From IMG/VR virus record IMGVR_UViG_3300007512_001108, positions 1 through 64,000 of that record: a stretch of DNA of 64,000 nucleotides; one strand, given 5' to 3'. The stretch comes from a virus. Below are positions 63,901-64,000 of the stretch, in pieces (the stretch's first letter is position 1; the number at the start of each line of letters is the position of its first letter). A program made the position numbers and the translations under genes. Below the pieces are notes generated by a model. The model saw nothing but the letters and a program-made list of their open reading frames with translations, was not told the DNA's origin and ran no database searches.

Positions 63901-64000
63901 GGGCCACCTTCGTGTTGGAAATAATGATAACTTGCTTTAAACAAAAATCCACCAGTTGCTTCTGTGTAGACATTTCTTTTATTTTCTTTTACCCATAGTC
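60954..64000 (-). CDS. DUF4815 / VrlC-like large virion structural protein (5' end outside the window)
   Basis: YYLSRIDK, TMKDLGKIENRVNDLEYFTTLSLLE, FKNGILVDGF, DPLSQIF and KDLRVVAL. The frame is open to the window edge. Confidence 0.85.
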   Translation of the reverse strand, partial: LWVKENKRNVYTEATGGFLFKASYHYFQHEGGPGPFTVDSYSANGFTYGNIPLYTSKNLKKTYSLANVLDFRHIKPEFPEDPIDWNTFTIENTSRIPDTRTRSSIKTNYTYYLSRIDKVVLKNSLNGDVAFDVIKGVDALVPKVPADTESLMTLYTLTIPAYTHNPEDVGIKFVDNKRHTMKDLGKIENRVNDLEYFTTLSLLENEIDSRVIYSVDSTTDPAFKNGILVDGFKGHNIGDVSHVDYSCSIDYEKGHLRPSFVPVNVGLEFASIPDNLELSSDGLITYKNKEAVSYIEQPSSSTTIQANPFAVANWLGTVSMESPTINWFDTSSRPIVKVNSQGENDNWKVSTVNSLRGFGTQWNDWNTNWYGVDVVDDLDDRRGKSFLSQARVKDTGVPVVRNRNETNVSSVTRDTSTTREEKNRIGLSNKFLPDHIQKVIGSKVIDVSVIPFIESQGITLNAYGLKPNTGVNCFFDGVNVDAHCSTGGIISGPFITDANGKLGDILFTIPSNTFESGEKIFRFIDDTNGKLTNATTCSDGILYANGASNNREGNILSTRPALLRRQTVKSEQIIKNPYMRRKSLDISKYTNWIDPLSQIFYVDEVSHPKGLFLESVDLYFSDIDSSIPVKVDIRPTINGVPSPSLVVPFSEVWKSGVTYDSSSGVNAENFKFGSYVYLEPGEYALSVSANSGNYKLHVGEVGEDAIDGLERISLPIHSGPLFKPTNSREAEPDSMINLKYKINRCSFKGVNSSKTLKLQHKTQGSNVVIDEYQLNHSTVVPSGTSVTNTAVFDSNTNIISGKSNTAISSSTLLADTAPTTDSFEITLASDTSSEITDVSPVLDAKYLNFVCVENKVNNKLSSTDGTDNDESNAFGSASGSIAKYITRRVTLEDDFEAKNLKVFLDLNQQGAGGDDVNIEVYTKFTSKSDETDFNDKGYVKMDVENSSDQFVSENEFDFREVSYTLPTDSIPTEDVDRIKSFAIKICMYRRINDDGTPVSVVPVVKDLRVVALDS

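Overview
This window is a segment of a large T4-like myophage genome with a cyanophage/marine-type core layout. It is AT-rich and every supportable gene is on the minus strand. In transcription order (high to low coordinates) it carries: large virion/fibre proteins (64.0-46.9 kb); the neck-terminase-tail-head block gp13-14-15-16-17-18-19-20-21-22-23-3 (46.8-32.5 kb); recombination and late-transcription genes uvsY, dCMP deaminase, uvsW, gp55, gp47 and gp46, with two DNA methyltransferases; and RNase H. The clamp/clamp-loader genes (45, 44, 62, regA) are interleaved with fcl, gmd, groES and an epimerase. Next comes an ~11 kb block of glycosyltransferases, methyltransferases and NDP-sugar enzymes (perosamine synthase, ColD-type 3-dehydratase, UDP-glucose dehydrogenase), a large modular virion protein, and a dUTPase missed by the ORF track. 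The leading candidate for a new system is phage-encoded virion glycosylation: a near-complete glycan-building toolkit behind a T4-type late promoter, together with a G-x-[S/T] motif that saturates the fibres and appears in loops of gp23, gp18 and gp15. All product calls come from motif recognition by eye; no searches were run.
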